Notes: generated from the sequence alone by a model not told the origin. A DNA stretch of 64,000 bases from Clostridiales bacterium (GCA_022770525.1 JALEHN010000021.1:56259-120258); one strand, 5' to 3'. Positions 28,114-37,150 are shown, counted from the first letter of the stretch. Numbers and translations: made by a program.

Positions 28114-29307
28114 TCATACACGCTCAAGACAGGCAAGAAAATTTTCCAGTTCATCGACCTGTACGCTTTCGCGCACTCTGTAGAACAATTTATCTATCGC
28201 TGTTTCAATACCTTTTTCTTCATAATCGGCAATCATTTCCGCTTTCACTCTGCGCATCGTATTGAGCGACCGCTGAAACAGCATCCATTTTTTAAATTCT
28301 ATTTCGTATTCCTCAAGAATATCTCTGGCTGCACCGGCCTCTTCAAGCTTTTTATCATTATTATCTCTGGCAACCTTTGAAAAATCATCAATATTAAAAC
28401 ATCCGACATTTTCAATTGTACCGATACGACTCTCAATATCCAGCGGCACCGCCAGATCCATAAATGCCATTTTTTTGCCCGGCACAATATGCTTTATCAC
28501 ATTTTCATACGTCATCGTATAATGAGGACTTGATGTGGCACTGATCACCACATCCATATCCTTCAGATACTGATACCTTTCTTCATAGGATATCTGAGTA
28601 TATTCATAATGATGATGGCTGTCCGAAACTGTTTTTGTGCCTTTGAAGTTTCTTGCCGTGGCAAAGAGATTCGGTTTATAATCCGCCAGCAGATTTTTCA
28701 CAACAATACCTCCGATTTTTCCGGAGGCACCGATAATCATCACATTTTTACCCGCAAGCCTGCCGACATAATTTTCAGCGGCTTTGATGCAGATCGAAGC
28801 TGTTGATACAGGTGTTTTTGACAGCTTCGTTTCCGTCTTAACTTTTTTTGCCGCAGTCACCGCATATCTGAAAAATGTATTCAGATATGTACCGCATAAA
28901 TGGTTTTCCATTGCCTGCTTATGGGCATTTTTTACCTGCCCTAAAATCTGGTCTTCGCCAATGACCATGGAATCCAGACCGCAGGCCACTTCAAACAAAT
29001 GGCGGATGGCTTTATTTCCATAATAAAAACGGATGACGCCGCTGATATCTGTTTCTGAATCTTTATGAATACTGTCTGTGAGTACATTCTGAACCCATTC
29101 AAAAACATCACGGTCATTATTGTCACCGTCACTGTACGTATACACTTCTGTCCGGTTACATGTGGCAATAATCACCGTCTCTTCGATCACGGGACTTTGT
29201 ATAATCTTTCCCATGATCTCAAGCTGTTCACTCTCGCTGAATGCAAACAGCTCACGAACATGAAGGGGAGCTGTTTTATGACTGATGCTGATTAACTGTA
29301 TGCTCAT
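28114..29307 (-). CDS. hemA: Glutamyl-tRNA reductase
   Basis: MSIQLISISHKTAPLHVRE, ATCNRTEVY (catalytic Cys), IIGASGKIG. ATG 29307 forms an ATGA overlap with the cbiG stop; the 34-aa track extension is rejected. Confidence 0.9.
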   Translation of the reverse strand: MSIQLISISHKTAPLHVRELFAFSESEQLEIMGKIIQSPVIEETVIIATCNRTEVYTYSDGDNNDRDVFEWVQNVLTDSIHKDSETDISGVIRFYYGNKAIRHLFEVACGLDSMVIGEDQILGQVKNAHKQAMENHLCGTYLNTFFRYAVTAAKKVKTETKLSKTPVSTASICIKAAENYVGRLAGKNVMIIGASGKIGGIVVKNLLADYKPNLFATARNFKGTKTVSDSHHHYEYTQISYEERYQYLKDMDVVISATSSPHYTMTYENVIKHIVPGKKMAFMDLAVPLDIESRIGTIENVGCFNIDDFSKVARDNNDKKLEEAGAARDILEEYEIEFKKWMLFQRSLNTMRRVKAEMIADYEEKGIETAIDKLFYRVRESVQVDELENFLACLERV

Positions 29308-30368
29308 AATCTTAATGCCTCTTCCCGTACCGCAAGGGCGAATGTGATGCCGTGGAACTTTGTCTTGCCGGCAATAATCCGTCCTTTTCCCGAACCAAGC
29401 CATGCGCACACCTCTGATACCGAACCTACACCTGTAACTCTGCGGACAAATTCTGACGTTTCAATACGTTTTCCCGAAGCATTTGCAACATCCACTTTTT
29501 CTATTTCATCGTTGGTGTAAATTAAAATATCTGCATTTAATATACGCGCAAGCTTGTTGATACAGACTTCATCTTTCTTTAAATCAATTGTCGCCAGTGC
29601 CCCCACATCTTCATATTCAATACCCAGACGGCCTAAAAACACATGAAATGCCTGACCGTAATACTCCTCATCCATTTCGCGTTTGCATCCGGTACCTACG
29701 ACATAAGGCCTTTTGCTAAGCCTTAGGACATGTTCCGCTTTGCACTTTGCTTCGGCTTTTTTACAAAATGACGGCATGCCAATGACAACAGCTGTCCTTC
29801 CCTGCATATCCTTTTTATCCAGATTCAGATTCTTAATATCCCCGACTTCCTGAATAAGACGAACGTTTTCCGGAAACCTTCCGTAAATGCGCCACTGTGA
29901 AATCATCAGCAACGGCTTTCGCTCAACCATGGCACTGCTGATATGCTTCAGCTGATGAATATTTTCAATTTTCAGATGATTTTCCTTTGCAAATACATCC
30001 ATTGCCGGAACGTTTTCCACATCGGTTGCTGTGGTAATCACAGCCTGCCCGCCGGTCACCCGCGCAAGCTTTTTGGCCAGTTCATTGGCACCGCCCACAT
30101 GGCCGGACAAAAGGCTGATGGCAAATCGGCCTTCCTGATCCATCACAACCACTGCCGGATCTGTCATTTTGGAACGCACATAAGGCGCGATCGTACGCAC
30201 TGCAATTCCCGATGCCATGACAAAAACGAAGGCATCACAGGATTCCCACAGTTCTTTAACCGCTTCTTTATAATTTGATTTATCAAATATCCGGCCCGGA
30301 AAAGCCTGATTTAACCTGTTGACAACTTCCGCGCCTTTATCCGTCATAAAAAAATACGCAATGTTCAT
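29304..30368 (-). CDS. cbiG: Cobalt-precorrin-5A hydrolase
   Basis: About 355-aa protein with a VGTGCKRE motif in the C-terminal domain. Sits between cbiF and hemA/cbiH as in anaerobic B12 clusters. Confidence 0.8.
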   Translation of the reverse strand: MNIAYFFMTDKGAEVVNRLNQAFPGRIFDKSNYKEAVKELWESCDAFVFVMASGIAVRTIAPYVRSKMTDPAVVVMDQEGRFAISLLSGHVGGANELAKKLARVTGGQAVITTATDVENVPAMDVFAKENHLKIENIHQLKHISSAMVERKPLLMISQWRIYGRFPENVRLIQEVGDIKNLNLDKKDMQGRTAVVIGMPSFCKKAEAKCKAEHVLRLSKRPYVVGTGCKREMDEEYYGQAFHVFLGRLGIEYEDVGALATIDLKKDEVCINKLARILNADILIYTNDEIEKVDVANASGKRIETSEFVRRVTGVGSVSEVCAWLGSGKGRIIAGKTKFHGITFALAVREEALRL

Positions 30369-30371
30369 CAC

Positions 30372-31124
30372 TTATTCTATACCTTTTCTGAATTCCGTTG
30401 TAAACGCTTTATCATAAAGCTTTGACAATTCGTACTCATCACCGAGGAAATCTCCGACAACTGTCAATGCTGTTTTTGTAATTCCCGCTTCTTTCACTTT
30501 CTGCGCAATATTTGTCAGATCGCCGATGACAATCTTCTGATCTTCCCATGTCGCTTTATAAACAACAGCCACCGGTGTTGTTTCTCTGTATTCTTTTTTA
30601 AGTGTCTCGGCCAGTTCTTCAATCATGCCGACACTTAAGAAAATAATCATTGTAGAATTATGCTTTGCAAGATCTGCAAGTTTTTCCTTTTCAGGCACCG
30701 GTGTGCGTCCTTCCATACGGGTAAGGATGACTGTCTGGCTGACGCCCGGCAGTGTATATTCTTTTTTCAGTGCCGCGGCAACGCCGAGAAATGAGCTGAC
30801 ACCGGGAATCACTTCATAATCAATGCCCATGTCATCAAGCGCATCCATCTGTTCCCTGATCGCGCCGAAAATTGCCGGGTCACCTGTATGTACGCGTGCC
30901 GTTGTAAGTCCCTGTTCTTCTGCCTCTTTCATCACTGCAAGCACTTCATCAAGATGCATGTATGCACTGTTATAGATTTTCGCGCCTTCCTTATGTCCTG
31001 AAAGTACCTGTTCATTCACAAGTGATCCGGCATAAATAATCACATCTGCCGCATCAATCAAACGTTTTCCTTTAATTGTTAAAAGTTCCGGGTCTCCCGG
31101 ACCCGCCCCGATAAAATAAACCAT
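30372..31124 (-). CDS. cbiF: Cobalt-precorrin-4 C11-methyltransferase
   Basis: MVYFIGAGPGDPELLTIKGKRLIDAADVIIYAGSLVN. Confidence 0.9.
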   Translation of the reverse strand: MVYFIGAGPGDPELLTIKGKRLIDAADVIIYAGSLVNEQVLSGHKEGAKIYNSAYMHLDEVLAVMKEAEEQGLTTARVHTGDPAIFGAIREQMDALDDMGIDYEVIPGVSSFLGVAAALKKEYTLPGVSQTVILTRMEGRTPVPEKEKLADLAKHNSTMIIFLSVGMIEELAETLKKEYRETTPVAVVYKATWEDQKIVIGDLTNIAQKVKEAGITKTALTVVGDFLGDEYELSKLYDKAFTTEFRKGIE

Positions 31125-31175
31125 TGCTTCCTCCTGATCTTTATAAGAATAATTCCATTAATTTATAGTAACGCT

Positions 31176-31877
31176 TCAGAACAAACCGTTTCTTTTCACA
31201 ATAATCGTTGTAAAATAACCATACTGGCGCTCCATGTCCAGGGCACCGATATATTCGTCGCAAAGTCCGATATTACTAAATACCATCGCATGATCAAGAA
31301 GGCCCCTTTCAGACAGCACCTCCCGAATCAGTTCCATCGAACTTCCGGCTTTCATCAGTACAAGATTTTCAAAGCAGTCCAGTGCCTTTTCAAGATTTTC
31401 CCGGCCTTTCAGTGATGAAACAACACCAAGTCCCTCATTGCCCTCCACAAGGCTGATTTCTGCCATGGCAGCCCCGCCTGAGAAAGAAGATATGCCGGCT
31501 GTAATTTCTGTTTCATAACCTGCCTTTTTGATCATTTGATGCACGTAAGTATACGTACTGTAAATCGCTGTGTCACCAAGGGTAATCATCGCAACATTTT
31601 TACCTGTATCAAGAATACGCATCAGCTGATCTGCAGCTTCCCGACGGCACTGCTCACGTTTTTCCAAAGATCTGTCCATTCTGAAAATAATTTCCGCAAT
31701 TTCCCTGCCTTTAAGGTCAATCACTTCTTTTATAATATGAAGTGCTGTACTCTTTTCACCTTTTTCTTTCACAGGATATGCAATCACATCCACTTCGTCC
31801 AGAATTTTTTTTGCCTTTAATGTCAAAAGCCAGGGATCACCGGGACCTACTCCCAATCCAAATAACTTACCAGCCAT
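31176..31877 (-). CDS. cbiL: Cobalt-factor II / precorrin-2 C20-methyltransferase
   Basis: LFGLGVGPGDPWLLTLKAKKILDEVDVIAYP. ATG 31877 behind AAGGAAAGGAA; the track extension is rejected. Confidence 0.85.
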   Translation of the reverse strand: MAGKLFGLGVGPGDPWLLTLKAKKILDEVDVIAYPVKEKGEKSTALHIIKEVIDLKGREIAEIIFRMDRSLEKREQCRREAADQLMRILDTGKNVAMITLGDTAIYSTYTYVHQMIKKAGYETEITAGISSFSGGAAMAEISLVEGNEGLGVVSSLKGRENLEKALDCFENLVLMKAGSSMELIREVLSERGLLDHAMVFSNIGLCDEYIGALDMERQYGYFTTIIVKRNGLF

Positions 31878-32022
31878 AAATATAATTCCTTTCCTTACTA
31901 ACAACCATTTTGCAGAATCTATACCCGATGTCACACATCACCCTTCCACATTCTGCACATCTAATTAGTATATCATAAAATTTGCTCATATAATTGTAAA
32001 TTTTTTCAATATCTGTGTATTT

Positions 32023-33225
32023 TTAATATGTCTGCGCCCAAACCAGTGTCACAGGATTATTGCTTTCAAGAATATGGTAACTTCCAAGTGTTTTTCCCCG
32101 GCTTACATTCATCTGAACAAGATCATAACCCGTAAATCCTTCTTTCAAAAGCTGGCTTGCCTCTGCCAGTGTTTCCACTGTCACACACGCAGCCATCACC
32201 GTAATCCCCGGGCCAAGGCTCCTAATATGCGCGATGATTTCTTTCATTTCTTTTCCCGAGCCGCCGATAAATACATGGGTAGGCCGTGGCAGATTCTTTA
32301 CCGCATCTGCTGCCATCCCTTTGATAATATGAAGATTCTCGGTCTGAAATTTCTCTTTATTTTTCTGAATCAGCGCCGCTGCATCATCATACCGCTCAAC
32401 AGCATAAACCTGGCCAAAACCGCACTGTCTTGCACACTCAATTGAAACAGAGCCTGTTCCCGCACCGATATCCCACACAATCGAATCCGGGCAAAGTTTC
32501 AGTTTTCCGATGATCGTCCAGCGGATTTCTTCCTTTGTCATCGGTGTCTTTCCGCGCACAAAATCTTCATCGGACAACAAAGGCTTATGTATCGCTTTTT
32601 TCGGAAAACTGTTTTTGATCATAACAACACAAAGACCTGTAAACGCTTTGCCGATAAATGATTCCGGTTTGCCCGCTGTGATTTCTTCTTCCGGATAAGA
32701 AAGATTTACGGCCGCATACATATCCACATTTTCAAGGCCATAAGCCAGCATCACTTCAGCCATCCACTGAGGGCCGCGCACTTTATCACAAAGCAGAAAA
32801 ACCTTTTCATTTTCATAGACCGTCAGGGCAAGGGCACCTTCACTGAGATTGCGCCCATGCGCACTTAAAAACCGGGCATTTTCAACAGTTTCTCCCAGCC
32901 TTGAAGCAAACATCTGCATGGAGCCGATACCCGGAACCACCGTAACAAACGCCTCAGGAATATTATTTCTTATTGTTTTGTATAAACTATATATCAAAGG
33001 ATCGCCCGAAACAATCACCGCCACACTTTTAGTCTGAATCATCTGACGGATCTGTTCGATCGTCTCCATAATTTTTCCCATTTTTATAACATTATGATGC
33101 TTGACCAGCGGCAAAAGCCGCTCATCCGCTACAACAACATCTGCTTTTTCAATCGCTTCCATTCCTGCCGGAAGCATAAACTTTAAATCCCCCGGGCCTG
33201 CACCGACCACTGTTAACTTATTCAT
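32023..33225 (-). CDS. cbiET: Fused cobalt-precorrin-7 C5-methyltransferase / cobalt-precorrin-6B C15-methyltransferase (decarboxylating)
   Basis: N-terminal half LTVVGAGPGDLKFMLPAG (CbiE). C-terminal half MTKEEIRWTIIGKLKLCPDSIVWDIGAGTGSVSIE (CbiT SAM motif). Confidence 0.88.
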   Translation of the reverse strand: MNKLTVVGAGPGDLKFMLPAGMEAIEKADVVVADERLLPLVKHHNVIKMGKIMETIEQIRQMIQTKSVAVIVSGDPLIYSLYKTIRNNIPEAFVTVVPGIGSMQMFASRLGETVENARFLSAHGRNLSEGALALTVYENEKVFLLCDKVRGPQWMAEVMLAYGLENVDMYAAVNLSYPEEEITAGKPESFIGKAFTGLCVVMIKNSFPKKAIHKPLLSDEDFVRGKTPMTKEEIRWTIIGKLKLCPDSIVWDIGAGTGSVSIECARQCGFGQVYAVERYDDAAALIQKNKEKFQTENLHIIKGMAADAVKNLPRPTHVFIGGSGKEMKEIIAHIRSLGPGITVMAACVTVETLAEASQLLKEGFTGYDLVQMNVSRGKTLGSYHILESNNPVTLVWAQTY

Positions 33226-33274
33226 CTTTCTGTGATCAACCTCCGTCCGTGCCTGACAGCACTTACTATACTTC

Positions 33275-34360
33275 TTAGTCGTTACTTTTACAAAGCTTTA
33301 TGATCGCCTGTGCATTTTCACTTGCACCAAGGATCTGATGCTGTGAGTCAAACAGCACCATGCCGATATTTAACGCATTTCCTGTTCTCAGTCTGCACTT
33401 TTCACAACCTGCCTCCGCAATCTGATCCCATATCATTTCCAGATGATGCGTACGAACAACATCTATCGTATTCTGAACTGTCCGACACTCAAAAAGTTCC
33501 CTGATGATTGCCGTATCGGCACCGTTTAGAGCAGCATAAGTACAAACCGTCTCCCGCCTGCCGTCCGCAACATGGCTGTGCGTATTCATAATATCCGCCG
33601 CCACCTTCACAAGCTTTCCCGCAAACCCGGCAATAAGGATCGTCTCTGCCCCCATCCGGACAGCTTCATCAAGCATATACCCGATATAGTTGCTGATCTG
33701 CACACATTGAATTTCCGCGCCAAAAAGCTGATGCACCGCTGTTTCACCGGTCTGACCGAGAACAAATGCAACATTTTTTCCTGATGCGAGACGAAACCCA
33801 AGCTCCACCGACAGGGATTCCTTCATCGCTTCCTCACTCATCGGTCTTACAATGCCCGATGTACCTAAAATAGAAATGCCTCCGGTGATGCCAAGCCTTG
33901 GATTAAATGTTTTTTTCGCCAGAACATCGCCTCCGGGAACGGATATGATCACTTTTGCCGCTTTATCTCCGATAATTTTCCTTAAATGCTCTCTGATCAT
34001 CTGCCTCGGCACCGGATTAATGGCCGGTTCTCCGACATCAACCTTAAGCCCCGGCGCTGTCACCGTGCCAATGCCTTCACCGCCGCAAAACGTGATATCG
34101 CCGATATCACTGCTGATTACTGTTTCGGCACACACAAGGCATCCGTTAGTCACATCAGGGTCATCGCCGGCATCTTTAACAACACCGCACTTTGGATAAT
34201 GGACAGGTACAATCTCAATGCATATTTTTCTTCCGGATGGTGTATCTACCTCAACCGTTTTTGGACATTCACGATGAAGCTGCCATACGGCAGACGCCAT
34301 TGCTGCCGCCGTGGCACATGTCCCCGTTGTTACACCCTCCCGTAATTCTTTGACTGACAT
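33275..34360 (-). CDS. cbiD: Cobalt-precorrin-5B C1-methyltransferase
   Basis: LREGVTTGTCATAAAMASA N-terminal CbiD signature. In-frame TAG immediately upstream of ATG 34360. No good SD for this ATG. Confidence 0.88.
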   Translation of the reverse strand: MSVKELREGVTTGTCATAAAMASAVWQLHRECPKTVEVDTPSGRKICIEIVPVHYPKCGVVKDAGDDPDVTNGCLVCAETVISSDIGDITFCGGEGIGTVTAPGLKVDVGEPAINPVPRQMIREHLRKIIGDKAAKVIISVPGGDVLAKKTFNPRLGITGGISILGTSGIVRPMSEEAMKESLSVELGFRLASGKNVAFVLGQTGETAVHQLFGAEIQCVQISNYIGYMLDEAVRMGAETILIAGFAGKLVKVAADIMNTHSHVADGRRETVCTYAALNGADTAIIRELFECRTVQNTIDVVRTHHLEMIWDQIAEAGCEKCRLRTGNALNIGMVLFDSQHQILGASENAQAIIKLCKSND

Positions 34361-34399
34361 CTATATCAACCATAAACATATCGCCGTCCGATGTGTTCA

Positions 34400-34480
34400 T
34401 GTACTCCTTCCTGATAAAAATCATTAAAACCATACGCAGTACGCGGGCAGGATCTAAACCGCTGCATATACCGCATATTT
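34400..34480 (-). promoter_or_regulatory. Candidate, non-canonical cobalamin-riboswitch-like core upstream of cbiD
   Basis: Minus strand GCAG-CGGTTTAGATC-CTGC-CCGCGTACTG resembles the GGTGAAAATCC...CCCGC.ACTG core. GTACT is complementary to AGTAC in the downstream SD region GAAGGAGTAC. The AGGGAA block and the B12 box are not convincingly present. Confidence 0.35.
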
Positions 34481-34486
34481 TCATAA

Positions 34487-34532
34487 CGAAAAATTCTCCT
34501 GTATGATGTCCTGGACATCCTGCATGGAGAAA
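34487..34532 (-). terminator. Intrinsic terminator after the flavodiiron gene
   Basis: Minus strand TTCTCC...(inner GATGT-CCAGG-ACATC hairpin)...GGAGAA followed by TTTTTCGTT. Confidence 0.5.
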
Positions 34533-34553
34533 TTACTGTTCATCTTAATCCGG

Positions 34554-34595
34554 CTTTCCCGTGCCGGTGTCATAAACACCTTCTGCACGGGAAAG
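34554..34595 (-). other. GC-rich 11-bp hairpin immediately after the flavodiiron gene stop
   Basis: CTTTCCCGTGC-20 nt (with inner GGTGT/ACACC stem)-GCACGGGAAAG. Not followed by a U-tract. Confidence 0.5.
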
Positions 34596-34607
34596 CTGTA
34601 TATGTAA

Positions 34608-36458
34608 TTATAGTGGTTCAAAATCTTCGACACCATGTTTGCACAACGGGCAAATAAAATCATCAGGCAGTTCATCGCCTTCATACACATAACCGCAGAT
34701 TTTACATACAAAACCTTTTTTCTTTTCATCAACCGGTGCCGGCTTTGGTTTAATATGAGCAAAATAATAGGTATAGGTTACTGAAGGAACATCAGACATG
34801 ACCTGTGCCTCAGTTACATCAGCTACAAATAAGGTATGTGTACCATAATCCTTGGCCTCGATGACCTGTGCCGAAATAAATGCATTTGCATATTCTGTAA
34901 GATAAATAATGCCGTTGTGGCTTCGTGCTGTCAGATCATAGTCCGCAAACTTATCCGTGTTTCTGCCGCTCTGGAATCCAAAATGCTGGAATACTTTAAA
35001 CGGAACCTCCTCAGACAGCACAGAAACATTAAATACACCTGTTTTCATAATCATATCGTGGGTATAATTTTGTTTGTTAACAGCAATGGTAATACGTTTC
35101 GGTGTATCTGTGAGCTGAACGGTTGTATTAATAATACAGCCATTATCTTTTTCTCCGTCTTTTGCCGTCAGAACAAACAAACCGTAACTTAACTTAAACA
35201 TTGCATTATTGTCAATTTCCCCCGTCGCAGTTTTTGCCGCTGTACCGGCCTCAAACTTCTTCGGCATTGTATCAACGATCGCATCTGCCAGTTTATCCAC
35301 ATCAGCCAGCTGGCTTTTGGATAATGAAGATTTAATGGAAATATCTTCTTCCAAAATCGTCATATTGTTTAAACCGCCAATAATTTCTTTCATCAGCGTT
35401 TTGCTTGTCGCAGCCCACGAACCGTTTTCAATAAATGCCACTGTACGATTTTGCAGATTATGTGAAGCAATATCTCTAAGCAATTCATCCATTGTAATAA
35501 ATATACCTGCATTATAAGTTGTGGATGCAAATACAAGATGGCTATATTCAAATGCCGCAGCAACGATTTCCGAAGATGCCGTTACCGACACATCAAACAT
35601 CACTGTTTTGATGCCCCGTTCCCGCAGTTTACATGCCAGAATATTAGCAGTATTCTCAGTATTTCCATAGACAGAAGCATATGCAATCATGACACCGGTA
35701 ACTTCCGGTTCATATCTGCTCCACTGCTGATATTTTGCTGCATAATCACCTATATTTTTTCGCCATACAAAACCATGGAGCGGACAGATCATTTCTATTT
35801 CCACTGAAGCTGCTTTTTTTAGAAGCGCCTGTACCTGCGTACCATATTTTCCGACAATATTGGTATAATATCTGCGCGCCTCTTTCAGATAATCCGAAAA
35901 GAAATCAACTTCATCAGCAAACAGCGCACCGTTTAATGCTCCAAAAGTACCAAAAGCATCTGCTGAAAACAAAATCTTATCTGTCTTGTCATAAGTCACC
36001 ATAACTTCCGGCCAGTGAACCATCGGTGCCATTAAAAACGTCAATTCATGTTTTCCGGTCTTTAAGACATCACCTTCAGATACAATCCGTGCATTAAACT
36101 GAAAGTCCTCACCGAAAAACTGTCTGATCATGACCGCTGTTTTTTCATTGCAGACAACCGTAGCTTCAGGATGCAAAAGAAGCATAGAACGCATTGTCGC
36201 GGAATGATCCGGTTCCATATGCTGAACGACAATATAATCCAGCTTTCTTCCTTCCAGAACGTGTGCCACATTTTCAAAAAATACTTTTTCCACAGCCTGA
36301 TCGACTGTATCAAATAACACCGTTTTTTCATCCAACAGTAAGTAGGCATTATAAGAGACACCGTCCGGGACAGAATAAACGCCTTCAAACATTGCAAGAC
36401 GCCGGTCATCACCGCCAACCCAGTATAAATCCCCTGTTACTGAACGTGTACAAAACAT
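34608..36458 (-). CDS. Four-domain flavodiiron protein: metallo-beta-lactamase-like diiron + flavodoxin + flavin-reductase-like + rubredoxin
   Basis: HMEPDHS diiron ligand motif and YNAYLL in the N-terminal domain. Flavodoxin-like IAYASVYGNTE. Flavin-reductase-like middle domain. C-terminal FVCKICGYVYEGDELPDDFICPLCKHGVEDFE rubredoxin. Confidence 0.85.
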   Translation of the reverse strand: MFCTRSVTGDLYWVGGDDRRLAMFEGVYSVPDGVSYNAYLLLDEKTVLFDTVDQAVEKVFFENVAHVLEGRKLDYIVVQHMEPDHSATMRSMLLLHPEATVVCNEKTAVMIRQFFGEDFQFNARIVSEGDVLKTGKHELTFLMAPMVHWPEVMVTYDKTDKILFSADAFGTFGALNGALFADEVDFFSDYLKEARRYYTNIVGKYGTQVQALLKKAASVEIEMICPLHGFVWRKNIGDYAAKYQQWSRYEPEVTGVMIAYASVYGNTENTANILACKLRERGIKTVMFDVSVTASSEIVAAAFEYSHLVFASTTYNAGIFITMDELLRDIASHNLQNRTVAFIENGSWAATSKTLMKEIIGGLNNMTILEEDISIKSSLSKSQLADVDKLADAIVDTMPKKFEAGTAAKTATGEIDNNAMFKLSYGLFVLTAKDGEKDNGCIINTTVQLTDTPKRITIAVNKQNYTHDMIMKTGVFNVSVLSEEVPFKVFQHFGFQSGRNTDKFADYDLTARSHNGIIYLTEYANAFISAQVIEAKDYGTHTLFVADVTEAQVMSDVPSVTYTYYFAHIKPKPAPVDEKKKGFVCKICGYVYEGDELPDDFICPLCKHGVEDFEPL

Positions 36459-36519
36459 AGTTATACCCCGCTTTCTCTTTTTTCTTCATATTATAATACT
36501 TTATATACAAAAAATCCAT

Positions 36520-36567
36520 TGACTTTCCTGAAAAATAACCAAGTGGGCAAGTCCGCCAAAACTCCCC
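36520..36567 (+). repeat. Copy of a dispersed intergenic repeat (TGACTTTCCT...AAGTGGGCAAG...AAAACTC.CC)
   Basis: About four-fifths identical by eye to 63421-63470 in the same orientation. Lies about 60 nt upstream of the flavodiiron gene start. Confidence 0.75.
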
Positions 36568-36604
36568 AACGCCTCACTCATGAGAGATTAAACTGTGAAA
36601 TTAA

Positions 36605-36635
36605 GTAAAAAGGGCTATCCTGTGGATAGCCCTTT
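36605..36635 (-). terminator. Intrinsic terminator of csp
   Basis: Minus strand AAGGGCTATCC-ACA-GGATAGCCCTT followed by TTTTAC. Confidence 0.85.
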
Positions 36636-36763
36636 CTATAACCATTGTATTCAATACAATTATTCTTCAGATAAATATTTATAATCCCTCTAAAATTAAA
36701 AACTGATAAATTTTAATGACTCTAAAAATTTATATGACAGAAAAAAGGCACTGAAATCTTTGA

Positions 36764-36964
36764 TTATAATTTTACAACGTTTGTTGCCTGAGGTCCTTTT
36801 GCGCCGTTAACTACTTCGAATTCAACAGCCTGACCTTCTTCAAGTGATTTAAACCCTTCCATCTTAAGGCCTGTATAATGTACGAATACATCGTTGCCCT
36901 GTTCATCAGAAATAAAGCCATAACCTTTCTGGTTATTAAACCACTTAACTGCACCTTTGTTCAT
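36764..36964 (-). CDS. csp: Cold-shock protein (CspA family)
   Basis: [30 protein letters not shown] with RNP1/RNP2 motifs, 66 aa. SD GGAGGA. Confidence 0.97.
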   Translation of the reverse strand: MNKGAVKWFNNQKGYGFISDEQGNDVFVHYTGLKMEGFKSLEEGQAVEFEVVNGAKGPQATNVVKL

Positions 36965-37014
36965 TTCAATTCCTCCAATTTTTAAATAAAACTACATAAA
37001 CATGTAATACGGTA

Positions 37015-37043
37015 AGCATAACACAGTAATTAAAAAGTGTCAA
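37015..37043 (-). promoter_or_regulatory. Sigma-A promoter of csp
   Basis: Minus strand TTGACA-17 nt-TATGCT, about 55 nt upstream of the start codon. Confidence 0.7.
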
Positions 37044-37150
37044 ACAGATTTTACCTCTTTTTTTTGCATTATCTGCACATAATACCGGTTAATTCTCCAA
37101 ATGATTACGAATGCTTCTTGTAATAATTTAAAAAAAAAGCACAAAACCTA

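Noticed and set aside
28114-29409. Long N-terminal extensions in the ORF track for hemA. The same issue applies to dapA 59247, addA 49200, addB 52618, cbiL 31934, cobO 12330, the methyltransferase 42831, nadE 55328 and thiM 43687.
   Set aside because: The extensions lack SDs, overlap upstream genes or riboswitches, and have non-protein-like sequence. Internal ATGs with good SDs or ATGA/TAATG stop-start overlaps reproduce the conserved family N-termini.
34481-34762. 93-aa minus-strand ORF overlapping the 3' end of the flavodiiron gene and the cbi leader
   Set aside because: It is out of frame with the well-supported rubredoxin-domain coding sequence and runs through hairpin and terminator structures. 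No SD is present.
36485-36510. PerR/Fur-type 7-1-7 box (TTATAAT-N-ATTATAA) in the flavodiiron promoter region
   Set aside because: Only the first half-site (TTATAAT) matches. The second arm matches 3 of 7 positions, so it is more likely just a -10-like AT-rich sequence.
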